DNA of 64,000 nt from Paramecium tetraurelia (lineage: Eukaryota): assembly GCA_000165425.1 (NCBI GenBank), contig CT868016.1, positions 124,001 to 188,000 on the forward strand. The letters are read 5' to 3'. The notes below the pieces were generated by a model. The model was not told the DNA's origin. It did no database searches and was given only the letters and a program-made list of their open reading frames with translations. The position numbers and the translations under genes were made by a program. Every line of letters starts with the position of its first letter. Position 1 is the first letter of the stretch. Below are positions 40,146-55,298 of this stretch, piece by piece.

Positions 40146-41033
40146 TCGAATTTTAAAATAAAAATATTTATTTTCTAAACCCACCTCAAATTCTTAATTA
40201 TATGATCACATTTATCTCCTTTATTCCACATCTCTCTATAATTCCTATAAGGGATTGATATAGATTCTTGATAATTATTCAATTTTTAATCAGAGTCATA
40301 TGAAAACTTTTCATTGTTATTTTCATAATGAACTTGCTGAAATTCACTATACTTAGTGTCTAGAATAGTATTAAGTGGTTTTATTCTCCTTCAAAAGCCG
40401 ATATATTGTAAGTTCTCTGAGTTTTTCTATTTGTATTGTATTATTAAGGGAATAAATTTGATTGAAGCCTCATTACAACCATTTCCCTTATTATTTGTTA
40501 TTACTTCCTTATGAAGCCGATATTCAATCATACTATATAGCTTTCGTAAGAGAATTCGAAGACATGAACAAGGATCTGGATCTATTAGAATTGATTACAA
40601 AAGATGGAGTTGATAGGAGGACAAGAAAAATGAATAGTGTGCAGATTAGCCAATTAGAATGATCTTGTTTAGTAATTGATTGGTGTTATTTTGAAGATAT
40701 CCAATTAAAAGGGAATTCGCATTGATTGCCCAGGATTAGACAATGATTTCATTGAGAAAACTATACAGACTGTAAAGAGAAGTTGGGATGGCTGTGTGTT
40801 TGATGTTGGATTAGGGAAATTTGGTATGGGATGTAAATTTATGTGATTTGAGAGAATTGCACTTTGATTTAAGAGAATGTGTTATTGATTGTAATTATAA
40901 TTAATAGGAATTTGGGTTGTTTTTAATGGCTAAAGAACATTGAAATGAAATCGGTGGAAATGATTAAGAAGTATGGGGATAATTAAATATATAAATGGAA
41001 TGAAAATAAAGATATTTATTTTTTTAATTTAAA

Positions 41034-43003
41034 ATGTCTGTGGACAACAGCTTCGATAATTTTGAGTAGTTGATGTTTCCCTCCTATGATGATATGGAAA
41101 ACAGAGAGAAGATAGAGGAGTAATACATTTTAGATCCGATTCCATAAGAATAGGAAGACAAGCCAATACTCCAAAATCCAGCTAATAATGGGAAAACTTA
41201 CTAACAATTATTCGAATTAGTTTAACGATTAAATGACATTAATTGGGTGGAACCATTATCAAAAATCACTCCTATCAAGTACTTGACTCCAATTACTTAC
41301 TGGTTCATCGTATGTTCCCAATACTTTCAAAACGATGCTGATCCTAAAATCATCAAGTATACAACACTCTCTACCTCTTTAGAATCAAGCAGGAATGCCA
41401 ACAAGTCCAAGAAGAAACTGCTCGTCCATACACTTACTTTGACGATTGGTTCATCATGGAGATGAGAAACATAGTAAACTATAATCTAAGATAGATGGTT
41501 AAAAGAATTACCACCCAATAATGATTTGGAATTATTGTAGACTGAACTAGAACAACAATTACTCGAAACTCAACTCCAAGTAAATACTCAAATAGATGCA
41601 ATACAAATAGAAAAGCCCACTTTGAATATCCAAAATCCCCCAGATTACATCCTCAAAGATCTTGTTGGCCTAACCGAGATCGAAAACCAATATCTAACAT
41701 ATCTTGAAAGCTAACAAAGGTAATATATCTAACAATATCTAGATATTATGATGAATAAATTATCAATCAAACTAAGTCCTCTAATTTGGCTGGAACTGCA
41801 AGAAAACTACAGAATGTTTATAATAATTGTTAAATTTGCAATCAAGGTGTTAGATCAGAAGATCCTCTTCTATCTTGTCAGAAGTGTTAGATTATTGTTC
41901 ATTAAAAATGTTATGGATTAGAGAATGTACTAAGTAATTGGATTTGTGATGTTTGCTTGAATTTTGGCAATAAAGGAAAGTTCTTGAAATGTCCTCTCTG
42001 TCCAAAATTAGGAGGAGCTATGAGACCAACTGCTATGGCAATGAAAGATTCCATATTTGAACTAATTAACCCATCTTTTCATACATATGCTACCAATTCC
42101 AAAGTTGATAGACAAAGTAGTAAATAGATTTATTTTAGAACCTCCTCCTGATGGAGAAGAGAATTATAATTTCATGATACTTTAATATCAACTTGAAAAT
42201 ATGACTGGAGAACCACCTAAAGCTGAAAAGATATGGACTCATGTTTCTTGTTCTCTATGGTTAGAATTTGATTTAGTTAAGATTGATAAGAGAAAATTCA
42301 ACACTTTATGTAGTATATGTAAACAGAAAAAGAATGGAGCATGTGTATCTTGCTCGAAATCCAAGTGTGCCATATCATTTCATCCTGAATGTGCTAGAAG
42401 ATAGCAAATTTATATGGAATAAGATAACATCTATTGTTTTAAGCATTAGCCTTTAAAAATCAAGAGAATATTTGATGATTAACACAAATAATGGAAGGAG
42501 GAGATCTATTCCTTTTTTAAACAATATGAGAAATTAGAATAATAAATAGCAAATAGACCTAAATTAAATGAAGTAGAATTCTTAAAGTTTGAACTCAAAG
42601 CGTAGCAAGAAGAAATAGAAGCTGATATCAAATAAGAAAATGAATTATTATTTCAAAGAATTGCTGAAATTCTGGAAAAGGATGAAAAATTCATCGTCAC
42701 TTTCCAATAAAATCAGGTTATAGACATTTAGTTACCTTATAAGAGACAATCTATCTATGACATTGAAGAGGGTGACAGAATTTGGTAATAGTTAGCTAAT
42801 GAAAAATACTCATCTGAATAGGTGTACATCCTATATCAGAGAGCCATTAGAATGAGAAAAAAGAAGAAGTAAGGAAATGCAATTATATAATTGTAAATGC
42901 CTTCTATTTAGGAATTACCTAACAGAAAAAGACTCTCTATTTATTCTAGACCTAAATACTTTAAGTATCACAAGAAACAAAAGTAAAATCGGTCATCTAA
43001 TAA

Positions 43004-43048
<45 letters not shown>

Positions 43049-43568
43049 CAACAACAGCAATAACAATACTAACAATAACAACAATAACAACAATAATAAC
43101 AATATTAATATTAATAATAATAATAATAGCATTAATATAAGCATTTATAATAATACTAATAATAGAAATAATAATAACAATAATAATAACAATAATATTA
43201 TATCTCTAAAAATCAAAATACCTAAGGAGGCTATCAATATACAACAGTAATATTGTATTTGCAAATAATAAAATGATGACGAGATGATGTGTATTATTAT
43301 TTTTATTCTTTTAGAGTGTGAAATTTGCTCAGAATGGTATCATCTCAAATGCTTAGGATTCTTGAGCACTGTGGAAGATGCGCAGAATCTGTATTTCTAT
43401 TGTTTTAGATGTGAATAAAAATTAAATCGAGAATAAACCAAATATATCAAGAGATATAAATAATATTTTGTAGATGCTACATTTCGAGATTTAAAATTGA
43501 AGATAGGAATGTCCCCCCATGAGTTAAGAGCTCACGAAAAAAAGAACTATAAATAGTTGTCTAAATGA
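41034..43568 (+). CDS. PHD-Zn knuckle-ePHD (PZP, BRPF/JADE/AF10-like) chromatin protein with a C-terminal PHD
   Basis: CQIC...CQKCQIIVHQKCYG...WICDVC, CPLCPKLGGAMRPT, WTHVSC, CSICKQKKNGACVSCSKSKCAISFHPECAR; C-terminal CEICSEWYHLKC. The 5' region has an unresolved frame problem (see findings). Confidence 0.85.
43005..43200 (+). repeat. (AAT/AAC)n microsatellite encoding poly-Asn
   Basis: Long AAT/AAC runs in frame within the PHD gene. Confidence 0.9.
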
Positions 43569-43614
43569 TCAATAGAATTACATAACATATAGATTATATT
43601 ACATTTATATCAAT

Positions 43615-45522
43615 TCAATTGAATATACTAAATAGATAATCAATAAAATCAGATACGTAAATTCATTAAATAATTCAATCTCTTGATTTGTGTCTAATAA
43701 ATTCAAGTAAGGATTTTGAATAGCATTGAAATGAAAGAAACTCTTCATAGTTTGACTATGATTATTGTTATCGATTACTTCTAAAGGTGTATTTGATAAA
43801 TCCACAACTCCAGGGGGTGTCTCATAATTAATGTTAAGCTCATAGAACCCAACAGCATATTGAATGGCTGGCAAGATGTCTTATAAGGCAAATCCAAAGG
43901 TAGTTTGTACAAATTGTCCAAAAATAACGTTAAATTAATTATCCTCTGAATGATAAATGGATAATTATACTATTTAATAGAAACATCGAAGTTTATGACA
44001 TTATTTCAAGCATGTCCTAGTCATATACGTTAAGTTAGAAGGAAATGATCAAGTACATGAATGACGCAACTATAGTTCTTGGCATATACTGCAAAGTTTA
44101 AATGTCCATCAATGTGCAATCTACCAATTAGCATAGCTTTCTAAACACTTTTAATTAAATTTGGATTACATTGATAAGATTCTTCATTTGGTTTTCTAAA
44201 TTAAACATTCAACCCATAATTCTCTGCATAAATATCCCATTGATCTGTAAACCAATTTATCCAGTATGTATAAGAAGGAGGATTGACATGCCATTTCAAA
44301 GTCTAAAATTAATAACTCCAATTACAAACAGAATGGTTAATTCCATATTTAGGATTTCATCTTTTGTATAACCGTAATTAGCAGCCTTCTCAAATTGCTT
44401 AACTCCAATCGGGATAACTTCCTCAACCTTGTTTGCTATCAATAAACTAGTTAAACCAATCAGTTATAAATTTTATTTATTAACCTATCTCTTTGATAGA
44501 TATGAATCTAAGTAGAAGATAGCCAGGTGAAAAGTTTATCTCTTCAATCTGAATTCCATGGCCACTTCCATCATCCAATCGATAAGAATAGCCCTCATGA
44601 GCTGATTGATATCACTCTACTCAGTCAAATAATATGGATCTGTTAGATATTCCCTCTCTTGTTAAATTAAAGGGTCAGGCTCTGTTTTGATTCTCTCCTC
44701 TAGGTTCACATTATTAATCACAATTTCATTCTCATCACAAGTCAAATCTAAGTCTTTTGGATTTGAATTAGCCTAAGTAGAGCCAAGAAATCTAGATTCT
44801 TTATGGTCGATAGAGGAAGATCTAGATTTTTCAAAGGGACTTTTCGATAGTAATTACAAATCAGCAGAAACGCATCTTTGGGAGCTTTTTCTAAAATGAG
44901 AATCTTTATTTTTCAAATCATCTTTCATTTCAATTAATAAGTTTTGATATTCTTAAGAACAACGATACATATTTTCGATAACTCCATTGAATCGTAACTT
45001 TTCGTTATTTTAGATTTATGAAGTTTGAGCTATGGACTGTAATTTCAGAGTTAATTTGTCATTGCAATCTCCTTAATTCAAATACATACTGTCCTTTATA
45101 CGTGTTCTGCTGTTTGTATTGCTAAGAAGAACCGTATTTGGGAAACTGATTTATCTAACTTTTTGAGAAGGCTTATTAATATTATTAAATGAATTTTCCT
45201 TATTTTGTTTATTTTGATTTCTGAAATCTTGCAACAATTAATGGAAGGTTGTTGAAGTATCTCTACATTCAGCAGGTCTTGAGGTAATTTGAGCATGAAT
45301 CACTTAGTTTGGCATTGATTTTTCTGAGGGTTTGTATTGTCTTTCGGTGTGTCTGTCTTTTGAGCTTTTAATCAATTAGGTGATTTATTTAATTATTTAA
45401 GGTTCAACAGGTTTTGCTGAGTATTTTGGAGATCTACTTTGAGTAAGACATTTAGGATGACTAACTTGCTTATTATATTATACATACTTAAATCCATTTA
45501 ACTAAAGTTGCTTCTTTTGCAT
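43615..45522 (-). CDS. Cyclin (A/E-like cyclin box) with a long N-terminal extension
   Basis: MRAILIDWMMEVAMEFRLKRQTFHLAIFYLDSYL...LQLIGLTSLLIANKVEE. Confidence 0.9.
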
Positions 45523-45905
45523 ATATTGTTATATTAATTCAAATTTAATTTATGAAATGCTATTAATAATGAAATCAAATTTCGCGTTTGAACTCTTCTC
45601 TAAAGAATCCATAAAGTTTTTAACAAGAAAAGCCAGTGAAATTAATTAGCCACACGAAAATGATGAAAATTATTATTGTATTCTAGAATGATAAAATCAA
45701 AATAGAATATCTATATATGTTTAATTGTTTTTATTTATTATATTATTTTGATAATCTGAATTTAGACTAATATATGATCAAATTCTAGAAATATAAGTAA
45801 AGAAATGAATCAGAAGAAGTGATAAAAATAACTATGGAAGTTCTATACCAAACAGGACCAAAGGTGTTCTGCGATTTATATAATATACATTAATTATACT
45901 TATAT

Positions 45906-46451
45906 TCACAATGGTAAAAAGGTTTTTTTTAAGAATATTCCTTTGAGTTGGCCTTTTAATAGTTTAAAAGCAGCGTGCATACCTGACTTACCTCCTGGAA
46001 AAAGGGATACTGTCAAATATATTAATGTTGAGATCTTGATTTATTGGAGATCTTACTTGTAGTGATAATAATCCCAGAGTATAAAAGTATCCCATATAGA
46101 ACATTCCGGTGTAGAGACAAGCTATTAGAGATACTAGGTAAACCAAGGTAGCAGCTGAGGAAGAAATTTTATTGAAAAGCGTTTTTAGTTCAATGATTTG
46201 AAGCATGGATATCAAGACGACAAAGGAGCCGGCTGAAAAAAGTAAACAGAATGGTTTAGGATTGAGTATTAGAAAAGAGGCAAATGGAATTGATATTATG
46301 ATGAGGATGAGTCCAGCTATGAACAGGATTGCAAATACTCCCCAATTCTTTTAGGTTTCAGTTTTTCTATAGTTTATTATCATTAATACTTTGGTTGAAA
46401 GCTAGATACGAGTGATCCTAATAAAGTTTCCTCCTCTGCAAAAAACTGCAT
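45906..46451 (-). CDS. SFT2: Got1/SFT2-like vesicle transport membrane protein
   Basis: Four TMs, LNPKPFCLLFSAGS, SLFPGGKSGM, C-terminal FLPL*. Confidence 0.85.
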
Positions 46452-46490
46452 GATTAATAATCCTAATCTAATTTAATTTTTAAATAAAAG

Positions 46491-47744
<1,254 letters not shown>

Positions 47745-48199
47745 CTTATGTATACAAATTATAATTATATATTTAATGATTCAACCTAAAGTCTTAACGC
47801 AGTTATTGACTCAATGTTAGAACGAATTCAAGGTCTAATCAATTTTTGTTGCAGCCACAATTGATGGATAAATGATAGCTTAAGTAGGTTAAACCTAACA
47901 TCAATTACCTCAATTTTCTACATTGAGCATATTTTTCGATGATTGCAAAGAAATTGGCAGCATTTAATTATGTACTCTTTTAATGTATACTCCATAGCTT
48001 AAAACATTAAGTTGAATTATGTATTTGTCGAAATAGAAGATTAAAGCATTGTATTATCCAACTTTTAGAATTTATTTACTTTGGGAATAGCATCTTCTCA
48101 AAATGTCGGCATGTTGGTTTTGTATATGAATAAATTACATCGTCAATTAGAAAAGATCATTAACTGATTGTCTTCTATATATTATTATCATATATTCAT

Positions 48200-48595
48200 T
48201 CATTAAATGTTTAGCTTTAGAATTTCATTCTTTACATGTTCTTTTTGGTTATCATTAATCTCTTCGCTATCTAGAAAATTAATAAGAATTTATTTAGCTT
48301 CTCTATCGGTTTTATTGCTTTTCTGCATTATGTGTTTAATTAATTCGACATATTATTTTTTTCCATAGTATTTTTTTCTGACATTTAGTTCGTCAAAATA
48401 GGAGAGACGAGATAACCTTTTTGCAACAATTTGTAGGTAATGCCTTTCTGGTTTATTCTTTTAAGCTTTAAAGCAACCCTTATAATATTCTTGACCATTC
48501 TGTTATTATTCTGCACAACTTAGCATAAAGTTAAGTTCTTAAAAGTAATCCTCACGATTTTAGATTTTATTACTGCTTAATATATATTTCGGCAT
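48200..48595 (-). CDS. Small hypothetical protein (131 aa), possibly a truncated gene
   Basis: Code-6 ORF MPKYILSS...EILKLNIQ*; no recognisable domain. Confidence 0.35.
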
Positions 48596-48801
48596 TTCAT
48601 AAGTCAAAAAAATTTTAAATCTTTTCCTGTTTATATTGTCTAAAGCCATATGCAAATCAGATTTCGTATATTTGGCTTATCTTTTTTCTTTATTTGAGTT
48701 AAATCTTTTTAACACAAAATTAATAAATGATTTCCTAGAATTTTTTTCAGGTTGTTACTCCATTGAAAAATTTTACAAATATATTTTTATAAATATTTTT
48801 T

Positions 48802-50287
48802 ATGAAAGAAAGCTCACATCTTTTCTCGAAATATTAATTAGAATACATACAAAAAATAGGGGACGGAGCATTTGGCAAAGTGTACAAAGCCTTCGATTTA
48901 ACCACAAAAAAAGTAGTTGCAGTCAAAGTATTTATACACCTGTAGAGCAACAGATTCTAAATACAGATGAAGAATAGGAATTGTTATCATCCTTGAATCA
49001 CAAAAATATAGTCAAGCACATAAGAGGGTAATTAACTTAAGTTCTAATTGCTTAGATCAACTTAATTGCTAGTGATGGAATATATGGAAGGTGGATCATT
49101 AAAGAATTACTTGATTTAAAACCCGAATTTGAATGAAGAACAATGTATATAAATTATGAAATCCATTCTTGCTGGATTAAGTTATTTACATCAGCATAAT
49201 GTCATTCATCGTGACATAAAACCTGGTTATCATTTTTGTTTATCTCTAAAGATAATATCCTATTAACCAAAGATCTTGTACCAAAGATAGGAGACTTTGG
49301 TCTCAGCATCCACTTAGAGAACTTTGACTTCTCCACTTCCAAGTGCAGCACTTATCTATATATGGCTCCTGAAATCCTACTAAACAAACTCTATTCTAAA
49401 GTATCCGTCTTATTTAAACATAGCCAGTTGACGTTTGGGCTACTGGCATCATCATGTATTAATTACTCTAAGGAATTCATCCTTACTATAAATCAGAATC
49501 AACTAAACAACAATACCTTCAAAACATCCTAGAGAAACCTTTATATTTTAAAAAGCAGATTTCCCCCCAGGCCAAGGACTTGCTTATTAGACTACTAAAG
49601 TTAGATATTACCGATCGGTACACGGCTCGTCAAGCTTTGCAACATCCTTGGCTTACTAAATAGGACAGTATGCCTCTAAGTCTTTTTGAGTAATTTAAAT
49701 TGTTTGATTGCAAGAACAAATTCATCAATGTATTGAATTCATCACATTTAGATCATCAAATTGTTGATGTTCATTCAATAATTAAAGATACCCAAATTCT
49801 CATATGGATACATTTTAGGCCAATAAGGCTTTCATATTAAGCAAGTTCAATACATTTTAGGATAAATACAATCTCCTCTCAAATTTGAATCTCCAACTAT
49901 ATCAAGTTCCAACACTCTTAAAAAAAAAGGTAAAATTGACAATTCAGAAGAGAACACGCCAATGAGTCTACAAAATTCAACATTCTATTAGAAAAATAAA
50001 AAATTACAAGTAATTAATTACATTCATAAATTAATAATTAGAAATTATCCAATTTTTATGAATAAGCATATAAATCTAATGAAAACTCAGTTGCTTAATT
50101 AAGTCCTTAGAAACCTAAACGAAGTAATATGAACTTTTCTCAAGCCTCTAGAGAATACGCAGAAATTATGTTAGGATATTCTGCTATAAAAGAAAAGCGA
50201 AAGCCCTCCTCTTAAATAAGATTGGAACCTTTAGATAGAAGAGCAAAGAGAACATCTTCTGTAATAGTAATTTCAAATAAATAATGA
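48802..50287 (+). CDS. Ser/Thr protein kinase (CAMK-like)
   Basis: IGDGAFGKV, VAVK, HRDIKP, DFG, YMAPE, DVWATG; several tiny introns. Confidence 0.9.
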
Positions 50288-50494
50288 TGATTCTAATTCA
50301 TTTTCTATATTTATAAATATATTGATTTAAATTGGAGGGTTTTAGTGGAAAAATCTTAAAAATATGGTAAATGAAATTTGAATTTAAATTATTAAAATAA
50401 ATAAAGTATGAGAAGATACAACAATTATAATTGGAAAAGATGCTCTTATGATTAAATAATGAAAATGATAATTATAAGAAGGATTCAAATAAAA

Positions 50495-51175
50495 TCACAT
50501 TTTTCTCTTTCCGCATCCTGATCTACCTCCAGATCTTTATCCAGACCTTTAGCCGGATCTGCATCCGGATCTGCTTGACCTGGCTTTATACTATTTCTTA
50601 TTAGTTTTATGTTCCCCGTCTTCATTAACTTTATCTTAGTTCTCCTCATCATCCTCTTAATCTTCTTTTTCTGACATTTTTTATTTGCCCTATTTGGAAT
50701 GATGTGCACTCTTGCTTTAATGATCGCCTTCTTTTTCATCATCCTCTCCATCTTCCTTGTCATCATGCTTATCACTCTTCATTTCATGGTTTTTTTTTTT
50801 ATTATGTGATTTTTCTTCATGTATTTTCATATTTTAAACACTCTTCTAAACATCTTCCATGTCATCTTCGTGCTTTTCATTTTAATGATGACTCTTATGT
50901 GATTTTTTTGATTTATCTTTTTCTTTTTCTTTTTCCTTTTCTTTCTTCTCTTTTTAAATATGTTCTCTAATTTCTTCTTCCTTTTCTTAAAATTCTTTCT
51001 TCTCATCTGAGGATAATTTATTCCATTGCTGAATTATTTTTTCTTATTATTCAAGACTCTTTTTTTTATGAGCCGATTGGAACAATTATTCATTTAAATA
51101 TGCATTAAAGCCGCTGCATTTTTGTTCATCACTCATAACATTTAATTGATATTTCAAGAGTTCAGAGGGTTCCAT
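50495..51175 (-). CDS. HMG-box-like protein with a highly charged tail
   Basis: SGFNAYLNEQ...IIQQWNKLSSDEKKEF resembles an HMG box; K/E/D/H-rich middle; C-terminal RSG repeats; 681-nt ORF. Confidence 0.65.
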
Positions 51176-51278
51176 AAAATCAATATATATAATACTATTT
51201 TGAATTTAATAATTACAAATCTGTTAATTTGTAAAACCTAAAAACAGCAAAATCAATCAGAAATAATTAAGCTACACA

Positions 51279-52373
51279 TCATTTGAATTAAAATGATCTT
51301 CTGCATTACATCAATTTCTCTAGAGTAGATTCCTTATAATCCGAATCTTAGTCTGTAGTTAACGAATTCTCTGATCGATCATTATTTTTCTTATAAGCCT
51401 TTTGCCAATTCTAAACATTCTCTTTGTTTCTCTGTGTGTCTAATTCTTTCAATCTTTGCTCATATTCAACCAATTACTACTATTTCTTTTTTAAATCCTC
51501 TTCTCTTTGTGAAAGCAACAGCGAATTTTCTTTTAGTCTTTTTTCCCTTAATCGAATTGAGATTCTAGGCAAATTCAACAAATCATCAACACTTGGCCTC
51601 TAATCCTGATTCACACTCAAACACCAGCTGATTACACGCTTCATTTCGGATGTATATTGTTAGGGGACATTATCAAATTGCGCCTATTTGATTTTCATCG
51701 CTAAAGCTAAATAGTTTTATGCTTGGAAAGGTGGTTACAGGGAACACATTTCATATAGTAAACAACCACAAGCCCAAATATCAGACTTTTCATTGTATTT
51801 ATGATCTTCTATCAATTCTGGACTCATGTAATACGGAGTACCCACTTAAGTATGAGCAAACTCGCTGTTTATGTTTAACATTCTGGCCAAACCAAAATCT
51901 CCTAGTTTCACAGTTTTATCTAAAAATATATTTGCTGGTTTGATATCTCTATGTAATATTTTATTTTATCTTTTATGTATTTCACACAACGCCTAAACTA
52001 TTTGAGAGAATATTTTCCAAACAGATTCTTCTGGTAAGAATTCTTTGTCCTTTTTTAGTTTCTTCAGAAATTATGCCAAATCTCCACCCTCACAATATTC
52101 CATTATTATATATAGCTTTTATGTCTATTTATCGACGATGCGATCATAATATTTGATTATGTTTGGATGTTTGAGTTCTCTCAAAATATTAACTTCATTT
52201 ACCTATTTTGAAATTTAAATTTAAAATACTAATTGTTATTTTTCTTTCTCACTCATCCTACCATACTCCATCTCTTTGGCAACAAATATCTTTTGATCTG
52301 CCTTCCTAAGAACTTTGTAAACTTTTGCAAATGATCCTTTTCCAATATTGTCCAAAAATTAATATGCTTCCAT
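51279..52373 (-). CDS. NIMA-related kinase (NEK2-like)
   Basis: [52 protein letters not shown]. Confidence 0.92.
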
Positions 52374-52913
52374 TTTATAATTTATGATTAAATTTATCTG
52401 AATGTTGAATAAAATTAAACCTTCCAAGACTTGGTACTCTGTATAATATTACAGTATTGAAAAAATCAATCAGTAACCTACTTATTTTTAATGCTCTTGT
52501 TATTGGACTAGCTGATATAACGGATCTCATCTAATCCTATATTAATTTCAATTTGCATTCAATTATTAATTCTAAAATAATACAATAATCAATCAATAAA
52601 CAAAAATAAAGATATTAAATTTAATATTGAAATACAAAACATTCGATCAAGCTTAATTTATTCAAGCACTTTTTTTGGTCTTCAAAACATTTGAGGTTTA
52701 CAATTTTTTACTTTTATTGCAAAAAACCTTAACGACTTATTTCATCTTCAACACTTTAAAAGGCGTGCAAATGTTAGTTAAATTTCAATGGCGTTGAGGG
52801 AAATTGGTTGCAATACTTTTTATCATCATATGAGGCATGTTTTATGTTAAATTGAATTGAGAATTTTGTAAATATCTTATAATTAATAAACAACTTCTTA
52901 TTCTTATAGTAGT

Positions 52914-54099
52914 ATGAATAATAATAAATATTATGATTTGTAAAACAAAACACTATTTTTTTGATCATCAGTATAAAGTGTTTATCGAAAACGATCAAAT
53001 ACTTATCGGAAAGGTATTGTTGTGTTATGAATTATTTTAGTAAAAAGAATCTATCAAGTACAGGGTTCCCTTCTCGCATAAAATGTTGATATTATGGATG
53101 TTTTAGAAAGGGAAATTCACTGGGTTTAAAATTTTGTTAAAAGAGAAATGGAAGTAATTTGACATGAATCATGAGGATTGTCTAAAATTCAAAAAGAGTT
53201 TGGATGGGAGAATAGGTTACAGCAAAATAGAATCTCTCTATAAATTCTTAGGCACAGTAGGCTTGGGGAGCTATAGTGAAGTACTCAAACTTTTAAAAAC
53301 TAGGTATTTTTAATTGAAAGTTATCTCGATAATTCAAAATACATCGCCAAGAAAATGGGAATCAATTCAAAAAATGTGTTTAGCGTAAGGCGTTATTAAT
53401 AATTTATAGCTTTTCAATAATGAATTAAAGGCCTTGCAAAACCTCAAACATCCACATATCATAAAGTTGAAAGAGTTTTACTTGAATTACGCTGATTGTT
53501 ACATAATAACAAATTACATAGAAGGAGAATCCCTTGCTAAATTCTTGAGATACAATAAAAAAATAAGTTCGAAAGAAATCATAAATATCTTGAAAGTATA
53601 CACATACAATTAATACAAAAGCAATCATTCGAAGCACTATCTTACATCCATGAAAATGGCTTCATACATAGAGACATAAAACCAGAGAACATTATATATG
53701 ACAAAGATCATAAATTTATTACTTTGATAGATTTCGGATTCGCAACAAGAATCGGATTACAAGAGTATATTGCAGGGACTCCTGGTTATACTGCCCCTGA
53801 ATTATTTGATAATGTAGTTTCAAACGAGAAATGCGACATTTTCAGTTTGGGGTGTATTTTGTACGAATTGTAGAGAAATTATTATTATGATTAGAATTTA
53901 TGGGAAGAAACTATTCTAAGGATAGTCTCTTTTTGACATTCAATTTGCAAACAGGGAGTGTCAGTATACTCTCAACCTGACTGATCACCCTTTACATGAT
54001 TTGCTAAGGAGAATGCTCGAAATAGACTTAAGCAATAGGATAGTCGCTAAGGAAGGATTGAATCTTCTACTATAGTTTGAATAAAACATTCAAATTTGA
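52914..54099 (+). CDS. Ser/Thr kinase (ciliate CAMK-type with an N-terminal PH-like region)
   Basis: VGLGSYSEV, HRDIKPEN, DFG, GTPGYTAPE, DIFSLG. The start could extend to an in-frame ATG at 52788. Confidence 0.85.
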
Positions 54100-54149
54100 T
54101 ATTCATCATTAAGCAAATGTATTTGATATAATAATAATAAATAATGACT

Positions 54150-55274
54150 TCAACTTGAATATTTTATTGTTAATAGGATGCTGCAAATAGCAATCATAAT
54201 AACAAGTATTATAATGCATCGTTTTGCTAAAGGAGAGTTCTAGTAATCTTCAGCCTATTTGATAATAATAATAAAGTGGATTACTTTTTTCAATTCTTCG
54301 TTGGCTTTCTTGACATTGAATACAGCTTAATCAATATTGTAATCGATTCTATCTAAAATAGTGCCTTGATCAATCACCAATTAATTTAATGATTTGAACA
54401 CTTCAGCCAACTCGTTAATCATAGTAACAAGTTTGTTGATTTCTTAGTCTCTAAATACAGAAATTAATAAAAGTGAACCTCTCGCAAATGATGTCATCGT
54501 ACATCTACTCTTCTGCTTGGGTAAGCTCATCATCGGCGACCTTCATTTCTTATTGTTTTTGCTCACTTAATTTCAAGAAATTTGCTAATTCCTTTTATTT
54601 ATAGATACCTCCATCGTCTTTGTTAATTTACTTGATCATAGTGACCATTCTCTTCTATTGATTTCTCAACGCATTAGTTAATTCCTAGATTTATTATGCC
54701 AACGCCCTATTGATATTCATTCGGACTATTGATAAGGAGAGTACAATACTTCTCTGGTCACTTGGTGTTTCCTTTTCACTACTATAATTGGCAATCAATT
54801 CTGTGTTTTTCTCACATTCCATAATTTTCTACTTTAGAGAGGAGGAATACTTATGTCGCTTTCTAATTGTTTTCGTATATCAGTTTCTCCAAAGCTGTGG
54901 CATCTCCAAATTGCATCTTCAATCTTTTCGATCCCAGTAATTGAAGTTCCTTAACTATTCGTATTAAGATTTAATAATATACGTATCTCCTGTACTTGTT
55001 TGATTTTGTCAAGACAATCCTCGTAATGACTGGCCCATTCAGATGGCAAACCCTTATTGTGAGCCTGCATTTCAATTGAGAAATTGCTGGCTGTCGACTC
55101 ACCGGAACTGTCTAATAACAATGTATTTGGTTCTATATGGGATAAAACAATTTAAAAACTTGATATGTGAAGATCATTGGCTTTCTTGAATCTATTGGCT
55201 TATTGCTTCTATTCCTCCTTGTACTTGAATAGTAAATGAGTTTTATTCCTCATCACTCCAACACTTTGTCTCAT
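54150..55274 (-). CDS. STX16: Syntaxin 16 / Tlg2 (Qa-SNARE)
   Basis: N-peptide RNKTHLLFKYK, LPSEW, SNARE motif INELAEVFKSLNQLVIDQGTILDRIDYNI, C-terminal TM. Confidence 0.9.
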
Positions 55275-55298
55275 TATTATATTTTAATTATTGAATAA

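Noticed and set aside
42877..43140. Poly-Ile/Thr ORF in the supplied track
   Set aside because: Alternative frame of the poly-Asn AAT repeat in the PHD gene.
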